From Octopus vulgaris (lineage: Eukaryota): 64,000 bases of DNA. The notes beneath the pieces are model-generated. The model was not told where the DNA came from. It was given only the letters and a program-made list of their open reading frames with translations, and ran no database searches. How positions within the stretch are numbered: the stretch's first letter is position 1; every line of letters begins with the position of its first letter. The position numbers and the translations under genes were made by a program. The DNA is taken from assembly GCA_951406725.2 (NCBI GenBank), contig OX597833.1, forward strand, positions 15,376,001 through 15,440,000, in the 5' to 3' direction. Positions 27,561 to 41,299 of the stretch are shown one piece after another.

Positions 27561-27871
27561 GTAGACAAGAGAAGCGGGAATCATGGTGAGCTAACCATGT
27601 GAGGTATGGGAAAGGAGTTTCGGTATTTTCGGTTTTTGCATCCCTTTGTGTGTGCTACGGTAGAGTCAATATGTGATGGGTGACTAGTGGTGGTTCCTAC
27701 AACGGGAGACTAGCACAATGCATAAGCACAAGAGCAATTGTCTCAAACATTTCTGAGCAAATCAAAAACAAAGTGAGTACCTTTAACATAAATATGCTAT
27801 GCACCATTATATTATAGTACCATTTGCCTTGAACATAAATATACTATACACAATACTAATATACTAATATA

Positions 27872-28258
27872 GGCGTAGGAGTGGCTGTGTGGTAAGTAAT
27901 TTGCTTACCAACCACATGGTTCTGGGTTCAGTTCAACTGCGTGGCACCTTGGACAAGTGTCTTCTACTATAGCCTCGGGCAGACCAAAGCCTTGTGAGTA
28001 GATTTGATAGATGGAAACTGAAAGAAGCCTGTCGTGTATGTGTTTGTGTATTTGTGTTTTTCTCCCCAACATTGCTTGACAACCAATGCTGGTGTGTTTA
28101 TGTCCCCGTCACTTAGCGGTTCGGCAAAAGAGACCGATAGAATAAGTACTAGGCTTCCAAACAATAAGTCCTGGGGTCGATTTTCTCGACTAAAGGCGGT
28201 GCTCCAGCATGGCCACAGTCACATGACTGAAACAAGTAAAAGAGAGTAAAGAGTAAAG
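27872..28258 (+). mobile_element. tRNA-derived CORE-like SINE family C
   Basis: GGCGTAGGAGTGGCTGTGTGG head, GGTTCAGTTC B box, CACCTTGGACAAGTGTCTT CORE-like block, tail ...GAAACAAGTAAAAGAG. Confidence 0.88.
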
Positions 28259-29121
28259 ATACTGTTATAATAATTATTTAACTTGAACGTAACTATCTTT
28301 GATACTAATACAGTGTTAATATATAATTATGCCCATAACTCAAAATCCTGGCGTGCTATAGCAATTTTCAGTTCAGATTCGGAATCAGCGTACTCGATTT
28401 AGTGTAGTACAGCACCATTATCCAGGGTAGCAGTGGCTAGTGTTTTCTTTCTTTCATTGTTTATTTTCTACCGTGTGATTGATCACTCTATTTAACGAAC
28501 TGTCAAATAGACCCGACTGGCATCTTGTCAGACTACTTGTTCTTCGCAGTATAATCTCTACCCAATATGGCTGAATATGGAACCGTTTGTTGTGTTTTAG
28601 CGAAACTGACTGTTTCAGACTGCTTTGTGTCGGCTGATCGATTTAATTACTTTTGCTCCAACAAATTAGAAATAATGAAGTATAATATAGCAGCTATCAA
28701 CAATTCATTAATTTTCTTTTGCATTCAAACGAATCACAGACGCTCTAGTTGTTCTATCTTGATTAATTTTGCTACTAATCTTTTTCTCGTCTTGATTTTC
28801 ATAGCTTATACCTGATGAAGATGTTTTTCAATAACTCATGATTTCTTGCTGCAGTCTGTCATTTTCCTTTTATATTTTGTTATCATTTCAGACTTAATGT
28901 TTTAAGCCGATAATTTCACAAATATTTTTCTGAATTATATTTCCTTTATAGTATGAATTACGTATGACCTCTTATTTTGCTAGTGTTTTCAGTGGTTCTC
29001 AACCTGGGCTGGGCCACTTGTGAATTGCACCCTTTTAAGGATCTAGATTTTTAGAGCGAACGTGATGTTTTATAGAAATAAAATATTTAAATCAGATACC
29101 AGCAGTATATTTTAAACTTAC

Positions 29122-29286
29122 CGCATCCTGATGAGAATTGGAGTCGGTATCATGAACAGACTGATAAATCGTCAGTTCCATGGGTTGTTCGGAGAATATT
29201 TTACGTGAGATTAAATACAACCGTATTAAGTGTACCAAATCAATCCATTTTATTTTCCTCCTCCAATCAGATTTCCTTTTGGTTAT
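29122..29286 (-). CDS. Candidate host internal exon (165 nt)
   Basis: Acceptor TCATCTTATACAG, donor GTAAGT, open phase-0 frame ITKRKSDWRRK...MELTIYQSVHDTDSNSHQDA; no recognised domain. Confidence 0.3.
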
Positions 29287-29725
29287 CTGTATAAGATGAT
29301 TTGACCGTCAATGGAGGAGAAAATTTGAGGTCCAAAGTATATTTTAAATGGCTTGCTAATTATGTTGATATATTAATGATAGTCTTCATATTTTTAGAAA
29401 GTATACTTAAGGTATTATATATAATTCTTGTTTATAAACCTCAGACTTTTGAATAGGTCATTACAGTAGCTGTTATTATCAGGACCTGGGGCTATATCAA
29501 GCTTTATGGCTCCAGTTACTTAACAGTCATACTAGTTCAGGGAAAATTCAATAGGTGGCATTTCGTCATTGTCTCATTTTGCTACGGCTCAGGATTCTGT
29601 ATATGGGGTAATTAAAAAAACACAAAAACACTCCGAGATGCCGGACTACAGATAGTGGTTTGCTTTAAGTGTGCAAATCTCAGTGGATTAACATTGTTAT
29701 TCAAAATTCTGTGCTGAATAATATA

Positions 29726-29951
29726 TATTTCTTTACTACCCACAAGGGGCTAAACATAGAGGGGACAAACAAGGACAGACAAAGGGATTAAGTCGATTAC
29801 ATAGACCCCATTGCGAAACTGGTACTTTATTTATCGATCCAGAAAAGATGAAAGGCAAAGTCGACCTCGGTGGAATTTGAACTCAGAACGTAACGGCGGA
29901 CGAAATACGGCTACGCATTTCGCTCGGCGTGCTAACGTTTCTGCCAGCTCG
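29726..29951 (-). mobile_element. SINE family A
   Basis: 17-bp TSD CTGTGCTGAATAATATA (29709-29725, 29952-29968). Confidence 0.92.
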
Positions 29952-30309
29952 CTGTGCTGAATAATATAGTTACAAGACAATTACATGGGACAAACGAACC
30001 ATCATGATTCGTCACCGAATTTATAACAACAATATTAGAAAGCTACATCTCTTCCACATTGCTGCTGCTATTTGTATATCTTTCGTTTTTGATGTTCACC
30101 CAGTCCCATCCCTGACCCAATACACCTGTGAGTAAATTTACCTTAATCATCCTAAACTGATTCAATTATTCTATGTACGACTATATTCTCATAACCATTT
30201 TTCTTAAAAGATACTAAAGGTTATTTGAGGGAGATTTGGTAGCTATATCCTGACGGTCATGCGACCATCTAAGCGTGTGAGAAGAGTTAATTATGCAATT
30301 ATAATTGTA

Positions 30310-31015
30310 TTGCGTAAGTGGTTAGGGTTTTCGGCTGTGTTCCTTAGACCGTCACTTCCATTACTGGCGGTGTGTCCTTGAGCAACTTTTTTTATCCCAT
30401 GTTGCTATAGTCCACTCAGTTGGCGGAAATGAGTAGTTGTTTTATTTCAAACTAGCAGTATCGCCCGGCGTTGCTCGGGTTTGTAAGGGAAATAACTATA
30501 TAAGCATTTTTAGAGATGTAAAGTATAATAGCCATCTCAATATGGCTAACCACAAATGGGGGGGGGTGTTACTGTAACTTTTTACGTTTTGAGATTTAAT
30601 AATAAACTTTTAGAGAGTTACTTCCCTTATATATGCCAAAAATGCATTAAAAAAATGGGAAAAATTTATGGTAATTTTTTTTTTAAATCGTAGACTCATC
30701 GTAGACGCGCGCTAATCCCCAGAAGGGCTCGATATGAATCACGACTATAAGATACCCGCTTTTGGTTAAACTGCACCGCAAAATGTGGGAGTAGTTAGGA
30801 ATCTAAATCGTAGGAGACAGACAGCACACAACCTCTCTTTTATATATAAAGATGACAAGCCTTGTCTCATTCTGTGTTACGCTGGATTCACCTGATAACT
30901 AGGTTAAGGTAACGCGTCTCTACGGAGTGCTCAGCCACTTCCACGTTAATTACACGAGCAGGCTCTTCTGCTGTTCATTTCATCAGCAACATTCGCCGTC
31001 ATAACCGTCGGAGAA
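30310..31015 (+). mobile_element. Old CORE-head/B-tail SINE split by a Helitron
   Basis: GTGTCCTTGAGCAAC...TATTTCAAA before the Helitron and ...GCCTTGTCTC...CACGTTAAT...AACCGTCGGAG after it. Confidence 0.7.
30452..30852 (-). mobile_element. Non-autonomous Helitron
   Basis: Minus strand: 5' TC, 3' hairpin CCCGAGCAACGCCGGG then CTAG, inserted at A|T without TSD. Confidence 0.85.
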
Positions 31016-31258
31016 ACATTTAATTTGACTTCCATTTTTGACTTTTTTGTTGCTTCTTTTTTACATTCATTTTTCAGCATCCATTCCGTTGACTACAGCC
31101 ACTCAGGTTATCGTTTTAGTTGACAACTAGATTTGATGTATTCTTCAGGGAATTGTGCCATCGAGCTAGAAATCCAATTTATTCTGATGTTTCATTTGCT
31201 ATGTCTCTTGTGTTTTGTCCCTCCTTAATTTCACTTTATCACATTACATTATTATACA

Positions 31259-31770
31259 CTAGCAGTATCGCCCGGCGTTGCTCGGGTTTGTAAGGGAAAT
31301 AACTATATAAGCATTTTTAGAGAGTTACTTCCCTTATAGATGCCAATTCGGGCTTTCTTAGCCATTTCTGTTTTGGTGTCTTCAAGCCATGAAGTCGTTG
31401 TTCTAAAAGAACGCTGGTCTCCTTGACAACGCTTTACGACGTTGATTTCCTTACACTCCCTTCCCCACAGCTTCACGAGGGAGGGAAGAAGGGGAGAAGC
31501 AAACAGGTGCAGGTGTGACTATGGACGCCAACTCCGCCGCCATCGACACACGAAAAATTATGCATTAAAATGGAATAAAAAATGATGTTAAATTATTTTT
31601 AAAATCGTAGACTCATGGTAGACGCGCGCTAATAGCCAGATGGGCTCGATATGAATCACGACTATAAGATACCCGAATTTGGTTAAACTGCACCGCAAAA
31701 TGTGGGAGTAGTTAGGAATCTAAATCGTAGGAGACAGACACTCACACAACTACAGTTTTATATATATAGA
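31259..31770 (-). mobile_element. Non-autonomous Helitron (same ends as 30452, different interior)
   Basis: Same 3' hairpin/CTAG end and 5' TCTATATATAT end. Confidence 0.85.
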
Positions 31771-32350
31771 TATAGCTAAGGCAGCGAGCCGGTAGGATTG
31801 TTAGCACGTCGCACAAAAAGCTTTGCAAAACGTTGTCCCTCATTACATTCTGAGTTCAAATTAGAACTCAGGACGTAACGGCAGACGAAATACCGCTAAG
31901 TATTTCGCCCGGTGTGCTAACGTTTCTGCCAGCTCGGCGCCTTTACATAAAGATAAGTGCATAAAAACAATTACTGTGATCGATCTGCTCAACAAAATCC
32001 TCCCGAAGGACTACTCCCAGCATAGCAGCACTCCTATGGTTACCACAAGTAAATGCTAAAACACGTAAATATACGAAGTGTGGCTGTATTATAGAATAAA
32101 GAAAATTATAAGACTAAATATTTTGGTATGGCAGAATACTTCGACCTAGCAAGTGTTGACGCATAGTAGAAATAAATTTACATACCAAGTGTGATAAGAT
32201 GTGAAAAATAATTCTATCATACAATGTGGGATTCAACGATAGAAATAATTTTATCTTAGTAAGAGTGTTACAAATATTAGTGCTGCCTTCGGATTTTGAA
32301 ATATTTCATTATGAATCTACGTGGCTGGTTAGGAATGTATTATGGAAACT

Positions 32351-32571
32351 CTGGCAGAAACGTTAGCACGCCGGGCGAAATGCTCAGCAGTATTTCGTCT
32401 GTCGTTACGTTCTGGGTTCAAACACCGCCGAGGTCGACTTTGCCTTTCAGCCTTTCGGGGTCGATAAATAAAGTACCAGTTACGCACTGGGGTCGATGTA
32501 GTTGACTTAATCCCTTTGTCTGTCTTTGTTTGTCCCCTCTATGTTTAGCCCCTTGTGGGCAATAAAGAAAT
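32351..32571 (+). mobile_element. SINE family A
   Basis: Consensus match. Confidence 0.88.
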
Positions 32572-32982
32572 ATATTTAGTCGATTCGCTTATTATGTATT
32601 ATGGAATGTATTATGGAAACCGTTTGGTCGATTCGCTTATCGTTTCTCTCTCGATAGATTCATGATTTCGTGCAAATTAGAAACTATTAAATTGTTCAAC
32701 TAATTATTTGACAAGTGGAAATTACTTCTGGTTGCAGAAACTTACCTCTCTCATTCATTCCAGCTCGACTTTCACTTCCCACGTATAATTGAACAGAAAT
32801 GTACACTAACTAATTATATCTGACAAAGCAAGATCAAAAGGTCATTTTCACATTTCGCAGCCGAAATTAAACATAAACATTTCTCCCTCTATCCCACCCA
32901 CAACAGAAGAACGTCTCATATGTTTCAGCAATACATTAACGTTGGATATTTTGAGATCATCACCGTTGTCGTTGCTGTGTCT

Positions 32983-33347
32983 GTTTGTTTGTTTGTTTGT
33001 TTGTTGAGCGAAGCGGAGAAATCCGAAACGTGGTCCTTTGCTGTTCGTAAGACCCGCAGAAGAGAAAGCAGGTCGAACCCCCGACACCAAGAGGATCGAC
33101 AGATGGATGAGTGCGCATCCAGACCAGCGGTTGCGTAGAAAGTCGGGGACAAGAAACAGGAAGAAACAGCGAGAGAAAGTTGGAGCGAAAGAGTACAACA
33201 GGGGTCGCCACCATCCCCTGCCAGAGCCCCGTGGAGCTTTAGGTGTTTTCGCTCAATAAACACACACAACACCCGGCCTGGGAATCGAAACCACGATCCT
33301 CCGACAGCGAGTTCGCTGCCCTAACCACTGGGTCATTGGGCCTCCAC
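32983..33347 (-). mobile_element. Chimeric SINE: family-B head plus a third tail ending (CAAA)n
   Basis: B-type head and body to TTCCTGTTTCTT, then a distinct ~150-nt tail. Confidence 0.75.
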
Positions 33348-33935
33348 TGTTGTTCCTGTTGTTGCCGGTCTTTAACTTCTAGTCATTCTTGCCTCATAAG
33401 CAACCCAGTCATGACCTTCTCTTCTTTTTAAAGGATACTCAAAACTAAACCGTCAAACTAATCCTTCCAGTTTCAGACAGAAACCGAGAGGTTTGCCTAT
33501 TTCTACCACCTCAAGGAACAACATAAACCACCCACCGTTCACGTTAATTAAAACTGAAAAATTTTAGAAATACCGGTCAAACTGCCAAGAAATAGTTCTC
33601 ATTTCGTTCTTACCACTGAGCTTGTCAACCAGGAACTGAAATGTATACTATTTAAACCAGACCCAATTCATTCACGCAAACAGTTTTACATAGGCGTTCA
33701 CAGGCAAAACGCTGAAAGAAAAATACTTTTCACTGATCGCTCTTAGGTAATTTGGTCGAAAATAACCTATATTAATCTTCCTGTACTTTACTGAAACAGT
33801 CTCAGACAATTCAATTAATCGTTTTACCGTTTCTGTGTCCAGTTTGTCATATGTAGCACACAGAACATATTACCCTTCGGCCATGCATCATACATGATAC
33901 CTAATCCTAATTTTCCACACATAATAGTAACTTCG

Positions 33936-34435
33936 CCTGAAACATAAATGTTTCTCAACTCGAACTAAACTCCGCTTATGTAGTTCACACGTAAAATCTG
34001 TTCTTTCGTATGGCTCTGAAACATGGAGAGCCACCTGCAGCAACTACAAGAAGATCCAGACCTTCATCAACAAATGTCTCCGGCAGATCCTCCATCTGAA
34101 GTGGTTCGACAGAGTGCCAAACGCCGACCTATGGGAAAGGGTCAACCAGGAGCCCATACATGTTCAGATTAGACGAAAGAAATGGAGATGGATCGGGGAC
34201 GCACTGCGGAAAGGACCCTCAAATATGACACGACAAGCACTTGACTGAAACCCGCAGGGGAAAAGGAAGCGAGGACGCCTGAAGCAGACATGGAAGTGGA
34301 GCATTTTGGACGAGCTCAGGACCACCGGCCTGACATGGGAAGCGGCCAAGAAACAGGCCAATGACCACAAAAAGGGGAAAACAACTGTTGCGGCCCTATG
34401 CTCCACAAGGGGCAAAAAGAATTAAGAAGAAGAAG
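33936..34435 (+). mobile_element. 5'-truncated RTE-clade LINE
   Basis: TKLRL..VKSVLSYGSETW..FINKCLRQIL..WRWIG..LRK..ALD*NPQGKRKRGR; (GAA)n tail; 13-bp TSD AATAGTARCTTCG (33923-33935, 34436-34448). Confidence 0.92.
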
Positions 34436-35290
34436 AATAGTAGCTTCGGACATATAAAAGTAAAGCTTTATATTACTCAGTACGTGAAACAAGGGCTAAC
34501 TAAAGCTCTGGAAACAAATATGGACGTTTAGAGGTGACTAGTTTAAGATGGTTTTGAACTACAGTTAACTGTAGTTCAAAATGGAAATCTTCTCTATATT
34601 TTACATATGGATTATATACTGGTATTTCTGTAGGTTTTATGCTTATATTGTTTTATTTTATCTGACACACGTATATCTTGCTGTGTAAATAATATTTTTT
34701 GTTTTGTATTTGCATTGACTTAGTAGACAGCTAAATTTTATTCACGATTCCCAGGAGGGTCTCCCACGATCAAACTATTCTCTCTCTCTATCAATACATT
34801 ACCTACTTCCAATGTTAATATAGTTGTGTTTTACCTTCTCATTTAAATGTATTAAATAAAGAGATATTTTCTTCTCGATATCTGCTTCTCTTGTCACATT
34901 TTTCTTTTGCTTTCACTTCTCATGTGTTGTTGTTTAAACAACATTTACTTACTTTTGATTCATTCCTGTCATCGTGATTGTCACGTAACTTAACATTTTA
35001 CTACCCACCGGGGACTTTGTAGTCTAAACGTTTAAGAATCAGGCATCATTTAATATCCAGTGTTATATATAAACATCCGGCTTTATTGCTCATCCCATTG
35101 TTCTTCCTCTCTATTTCTAACAGACTGTCGTTTCTGCGATAAAGGTAGATATGTCTTCCGTATCAAATATAGGTCGTGTGACGACAGTAGAAGTTACTTT
35201 CTCTTCAGTCAAAGCTCTCCATTTCATTTAACTTTCAGTTTCTGTTTCGGATGTAGTTTATAGCTATGTTACCATTTTTTCTTTCTTTCT

Positions 35291-35537
35291 CGCCCTTTTC
35301 AAGCCTAGCCAGGCTCATGAACCCGGTTTCCCGCTTTCTGTGGCGTATGTGTTCCTCCAAGCTGGACAGGACGCCAGCCCATCGCAGCGTTACTCAAGAA
35401 ACAGGAAGAGAGAGTTAGAGAAAGTTGTGGCGAAAGAGTACAACAGGGGTCACCACCACCCCCTGTCGGAGCTTGTGGATCTTTTAGGTGTTTTCGCTCA
35501 ATAAACACACACAACGGCCGGTCTGGGAATCGAAACT
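35291..35537 (-). mobile_element. Chimeric SINE (B body plus alternative tail), 5'-truncated
   Basis: Matches 18085-18370. Confidence 0.8.
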
Positions 35538-35990
35538 GTTTGCTTTGGTGTATGCCAAAGTATCAGGATTTTCACTTTAGTTTCAATTTCTTAATCACCT
35601 TTTAATGTCGTTTGGTGTTTGAATCATAAAGCTATTCCTTGACTATTCGCTCATGCTTTTCAAAAGGGTTTATATTGCCTTATTCTGTTCCATTAATTTA
35701 TAGAAGTCTTTTCTTTTTATCCATGGAGTCTTTTTTAATTGTCCCCATTCTCTTTTTTTTTTTATATTTGTTCATGTTGGATCCCTCATTTTCAATTTCG
35801 CATAATAAATACCTGCTTTCTATCTTCTTCATTTTATATATCCTCTTTCTTTCAATTCATTTAGTTTTAGCTAGAGTTCTTGACGGAACCCTGTATTTTA
35901 ATTATTCTTTCACGGATCCGCTTCTCCGTGTCTATCTTAGCCGGGAATTTGCGTCGGAAATGCGGCACAATTTCTTTCTATTTTTTCAAT

Positions 35991-36187
35991 ACTCTTTACT
36001 CTTTTACTTGCTTCAGTCGTTTAACTGCGGCCATGCTGGAGCACCGCCTTCAGTCGAGCAAATCGACCCCAGTACTTATTCTATCGGTCTCTTTGGCCGA
36101 ACCGCTAGGTGACGGGGACGTAAACACACCAGTATCGGTTATCAAGCAATGCTAGGGGGACAAACACAGACACACAAACATACACAC

Positions 36188-36277
<90 letters not shown>

Positions 36278-36440
36278 GATGGGCTTCTTTGAGTTTCCGT
36301 CTACCAATTCCACTCACAAGGCATTGGTCGGCCCGGGGCTATAGCAGAAGACACTTGCCCAAGATGCCACGCAGTGGGACTGAACACGGAAACATATGGT
36401 TGGTTAGCAAGCTACTTACCACACAGCCACTCCTGCGCCT
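35991..36440 (-). mobile_element. SINE family C with expanded internal (CA)n(TA)n
   Basis: Consensus match on both sides of the microsatellite. Confidence 0.88.
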
Positions 36441-36849
36441 ATATAATTTTTTTTTTTATTCTTTCGTTGTTCTTTTGACTGTTAACTTTAGTTGTTATAG
36501 TATAATGATTATTATTATTATTCTGTGCTCTATCGGAGATATTTTGTTTATATCGTGGCTGTATATTTCATTGAATGTTTCACCTCTCTTGTATTTCCTA
36601 TAGTTCCGTACTTCATTCAGTTAATATTTGCACTGGTATTTTTATATTTCGTCTGTCGCACATTTGCTGCTTGTGTGTTGTGTCGTCTGACGTTTCGCCT
36701 CCATTTTGAGTGGTATTTGTCGCTACGTCTGATGTGTTGCTTTTTTTCTCATTTCTCTCTTCTTCCATTGTTTATATACGGCTAAGAAAATTCCATTCCT
36801 TTGTGGTATGTTCTGTCATGTATGTTTGATCGATTCTTTCATTCTGTTT

Positions 36850-37400
36850 GCTGTATTTTTCTTTCTTTCTACGTCTATTAAATCATCAATCTTTTGAATA
36901 TTATTATTCGAGATGGCAAATCTCCGTACATTCTCAAGTGTAATGTCTATGATATATTTTCTCAGTTTTATTCCATAATTCATGCGTTTCTTTAATAGCT
37001 TTTGATGGAAGATTACTGCAGTGTAGTGGTAATTAGGTCAAAGTCCAAAGTTTTTGCTTCCATTTGATTTTCTTTGTACTCCTATAATTAACGATGTACG
37101 AGTTTGCTTAAGAGTTAACTCTTTGATCTGACATAGATTCTCATGAGCGCGTGACATAATTTTCTTATCGCTCTCGCCATAAATTCGTTTTATACACGGT
37201 TGGTCGCGTCACTGTTGCTTTTGATTTATCCGAGGACGTATTAATCTATAATCAAATGGCGTAGATGTTTTATTGAATTTTGGTTTACTATATTTACATT
37301 GGAAATATTTCATTTTCTCCTCTGTGTCTTCACAGTAACGTATCAAGATTCGTTATTTGTTTGTACCAAAAGGCAACATGATACTTATTTTCTTAACTTT
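36850..37400 (-). mobile_element. Decayed Penelope-like GIY-YIG fragment
   Basis: Minus strand CIKRIYGESDKKIMSRAHE resembles CxxxYIGETxRxLxxRxxEH. Confidence 0.4.
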
Positions 37401-37521
37401 GTGCGCTATTTATACTTATATGTATATATATCATATTCACGTGCAGTAATCACATTTAATACGTTTTAAAAGTGCCAATTCCTTTTACAGCTTATTTTTT
37501 TCGTATTGATTTCTTTGTATC

Positions 37522-37724
37522 ACTCTTTTACTCTTTCTCTTTTACTTGTTTCAGTCATTTGACTGCGGCCATGCTGGAGCACCGCCTTTAGTCGAGCAAA
37601 TCGACCCCAATACTTATTCTTTGTAAGCCTAGTACTTATTCAATCGGTCTCTTTTGCCGAACCGCTAAGTTACGGGGACATAAACATACCAGCATCGGTT
37701 GAGGGGACAAACATATACACACAA

Positions 37725-37815
<91 letters not shown>

Positions 37816-37816
37816 A

Positions 37817-37858
<42 letters not shown>

Positions 37859-38018
37859 GGGCTCCTTTCAGTTTCCATCTACGAAATCCAGTCACAAAGT
37901 TTTGGTCGGCCCGAGGCTATAGTAGAAGACACTTGCCCAGGGTGCCACGCAGTGGGACTGAACCCGGAACCATGTGGTTCGTAAGCAAGCTACTTACTAC
38001 ACAGCCACTCCCACGCCT
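37522..38018 (-). mobile_element. SINE family C with internal (CA)n(TA)n
   Basis: Consensus match. Confidence 0.88.
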
Positions 38019-38400
38019 ACAAATATTGAAAAATATCGTACAATTTATTATTATTGTTCGTCATGTTCCGTATTTAGTTACATTGCGTGCTTTCATGGAC
38101 AGGTGGTGTCTACTATAGCCCCAGATCAATCAAATATTTTTGTGATTGGCACTGAAAGAAGCCCATCGTATATACGTGTAAGTCTGTGTATGTATGTTTG
38201 TGTGTGAGTGTTTGTGTCTATGTGCGCAATCACAAACGTGCGTATCTGTGTCTATGGATGTATGCGTATTTGTGTATCTCTGTGTTTATAGTATTGTATT
38301 TTTTTTTGTGTTTGTGTTACCCATCACCGCTTGATAACTTAGAGGTTCGGTAAAATTCGTCCGATAGAATAATTAACTGGAGTGAAAATAATGCGATAGC

Positions 38401-38613
38401 TATTTCTTTACTACCCACAAGGGGCTAAACACAGAGAGGACAAACAAGGACAGACAAACGGATTAAGTCGATTACATCGACCCCAGTGCGTAACTGGTAC
38501 TTAATTTATCGACCCCGTAAGGCAATGTCGACCTTGGCGGAATTTGAACTCAGAACGTAACGGCAGGCGAAATACGGCTACGCATTTCGCCCGGCGTGCT
38601 AACGATTCTGCCA
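38401..38613 (-). mobile_element. SINE family A
   Basis: Consensus match. Confidence 0.88.
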
Positions 38614-39105
38614 GGTTCGACTAAATCCATCAAAGCCTTTCCCCAACATACCCGTTGCTCCAGCATGATTGTAGTCAAATAACTAAGACAAGTGAAAGAA
38701 TGTAGCAAGCATATTTTATTCCCACAGATACAGAACATCCATATAAATTATTATATAGACTTTATTTTGTCTGTAATATTTGGATGGGAATAGAAAGAAT
38801 GGATGTTGGTTTTACATCCTCCGCGTTCTTAGAATATCTCGGTTCTTTATTCGATATTTTATTCGAGTTTTGTTTTCATTTTTACAAATCTGTTGCCTTC
38901 AGTACTGAAAACTTCATGAATCTAAGAAAAAATTATTATTTGTCAAATGCGTGTTTAAGTTTTACATGTATGTTCAAGAATAATATCAATATAAAAAAAC
39001 AAATTCAGCGTGAAGAATGTTGAAAACAGAATTTGTCGACAATATTCATTATCAAGTAACTATAGGTTCTAGAAAGAATTACCGTTCCTATATATTACTG
39101 TTATC

Positions 39106-39163
39106 TCTAATGTGCTAACATCTCTCCACAGGGAAAATGTGTCTCTACCCATTACAAAACTCC

Positions 39164-39201
<38 letters not shown>

Positions 39202-39627
39202 CATACATACATACGTATATACATACATACATACGTATGTATATACATACATACATACATACATACGTACATACGTACGTACGTACATACATCATACATA
39301 CATACATACATACAAACATACATACATACATATATACATATACATCAGTCTACATGCTAACATCTCTAACATCTAATGTGCTAACATCTCTCCACAGGGA
39401 AAATGTGTCTCTACCCATTACAAAACTCCCACACACACATATATATATATATTTATATATATATATATATATATACATACATACATACATACATACATAC
39501 GTATGTATATACATACATACATACATACATACATACATACATACATACGTACGTACGTACATACATCATACATACATACATACAAACATACATACATACA
39601 TATATACATATACATCAGTCTACATGC
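39106..39627. repeat. ~265-bp tandem duplication including a TACA/TA microsatellite
   Basis: CTAATGTGCTAACATCTCTCCACAGGG...CATCAGTCTACATGC occurs twice. Confidence 0.9.
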
Positions 39628-40010
39628 ATACGTTGCGATCGGAGAGAGGCATATTCTGTAGTTGCCATAACACTTTAGTTCAATGGCTAGGGCAGCAGAA
39701 TACATAAGCATCTCAGCTAACTACTGTGCAATGCTAGGGTCATTTCCTTTCAGTGTGCCATTACCTAAAACAAAATTGTAATTTATTTTTGTCATAAAGA
39801 TAGATTGTGGGCAGTCTATTGGGCTCTCTGTATAATTATGTTCCATAGTGTTTTTCACACCAGAACATTTTCTGATTTCTCAGAAACCTGGTTAAAAATG
39901 TACGATATATTCTTTTTCATACTGCAGTTGAAATTCGGCAGCCTTGGCTATGTTAGTTAGCTTCACTATACTAGTTCGCCAGCAAGTATACTTTACCAGA
40001 TATTGATGTT

Positions 40011-40319
40011 GAGACCCCCTTCATGACTGACCATGGGATTGTACCTAGAAAGTCACCCTCCCAGGCACAAGTCCGGGCAAGGTTGTTTATGGAAGACCAG
40101 CAGTCGCCCATGCCACCAGTGTTCTCCAAGGGAAAGGCAACGGCCGATACAGCTTGGCACCCGTGACGTCGCAACTGATTTCTACAGCTGAGTGAACTGG
40201 AGCAACGTGAAATAAAGTGTGTTGCTCAAGAACACAACACGCAGCCCTGTCCGGGATTCGAACTCACAACCTCACGATCGTAAGCTTGACGCTCTAGCCA
40301 CTGAGCCACGCGCCTTCAC
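40011..40319 (-). mobile_element. SINE with CORE-like head plus a fourth tail type
   Basis: Head GTGAAGGCGCGTGGCTCAGTGG..GAGTTCGAATCCC; tail CATGGGCGACTGCTGGTCTTCCATAAAC, also at 55770-55910 and 59815-59998. Confidence 0.82.
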
Positions 40320-41299
40320 TTTACCAGGTATCTGATGTAACATACATAGATGATATGGTGTACTGGTCCACCCCAACAATAACTGTTTGTGCACAAAAGG
40401 AATTCTCAAAATATTTTCAATACATTTAGCGGTTTGGACCTGTCTATGTTTCGCAAATGCCATACAAGCAGAAATGGTGTTTTATATAAATGCATAGCGT
40501 GCAATTTTTAACCACGCCTGACCTATATAGGAGCCATGTATCTTATCACTTATTACATATGTGTAAATGATGCAGAAGTGGTCTTGTGGGTGATATCAAT
40601 TTTTTACAAATTTTCCTCTCACAAAATAAAGTTTCTTCTTTTTCTTCTAGTTTAGAAAATTATAAAGCAAGAATTTCCTCTCATCCTTCGTAGATATTTG
40701 GAAAATAAATAATTGTCTAGTTCTCCTTGAGGACATTCAGATCGACTGTCTTACTGATTAAAATATCTTGTTCAGTATTCAGGCTATAATACTTATCAAT
40801 TATATCGGTTTCCAGATCGGAGCTACGAAAAGCAAGTTGTACATAAATATGTACTCCATTTTGAATATACACTAGTATTTCAATATGACAAAAAATATTA
40901 AAAATTTAAAACAAAATAAAATAAAACAGTGGGACAATTGGGAAATGATTATGAAAATACTAATTTCTGATACGGCTAAAGAAATATAAACATACATCTT
41001 TTTGCTCATTGATATGTAAAAACAGACGCATTCACAATTCCCCAAAGATAAGAAAATATTTTTAAAGATAATAATAATAATGATAATAATGATAATAATG
41101 ATAATAATGATAATAAATAATAATAAGAAGAAGAAGATTTACAACCATTGCTACGATCAACACTAAACTAAAATAACTTAAAATTCCACTTGATTCGTAC
41201 ACGGAAAAGATGTGTGCTTTCTACTATTGAAGAATAAAATAACAAACATTTATAGTGAATGCCCCTTTAAGATTTGCAGTGAATGAAATATGGACACCC

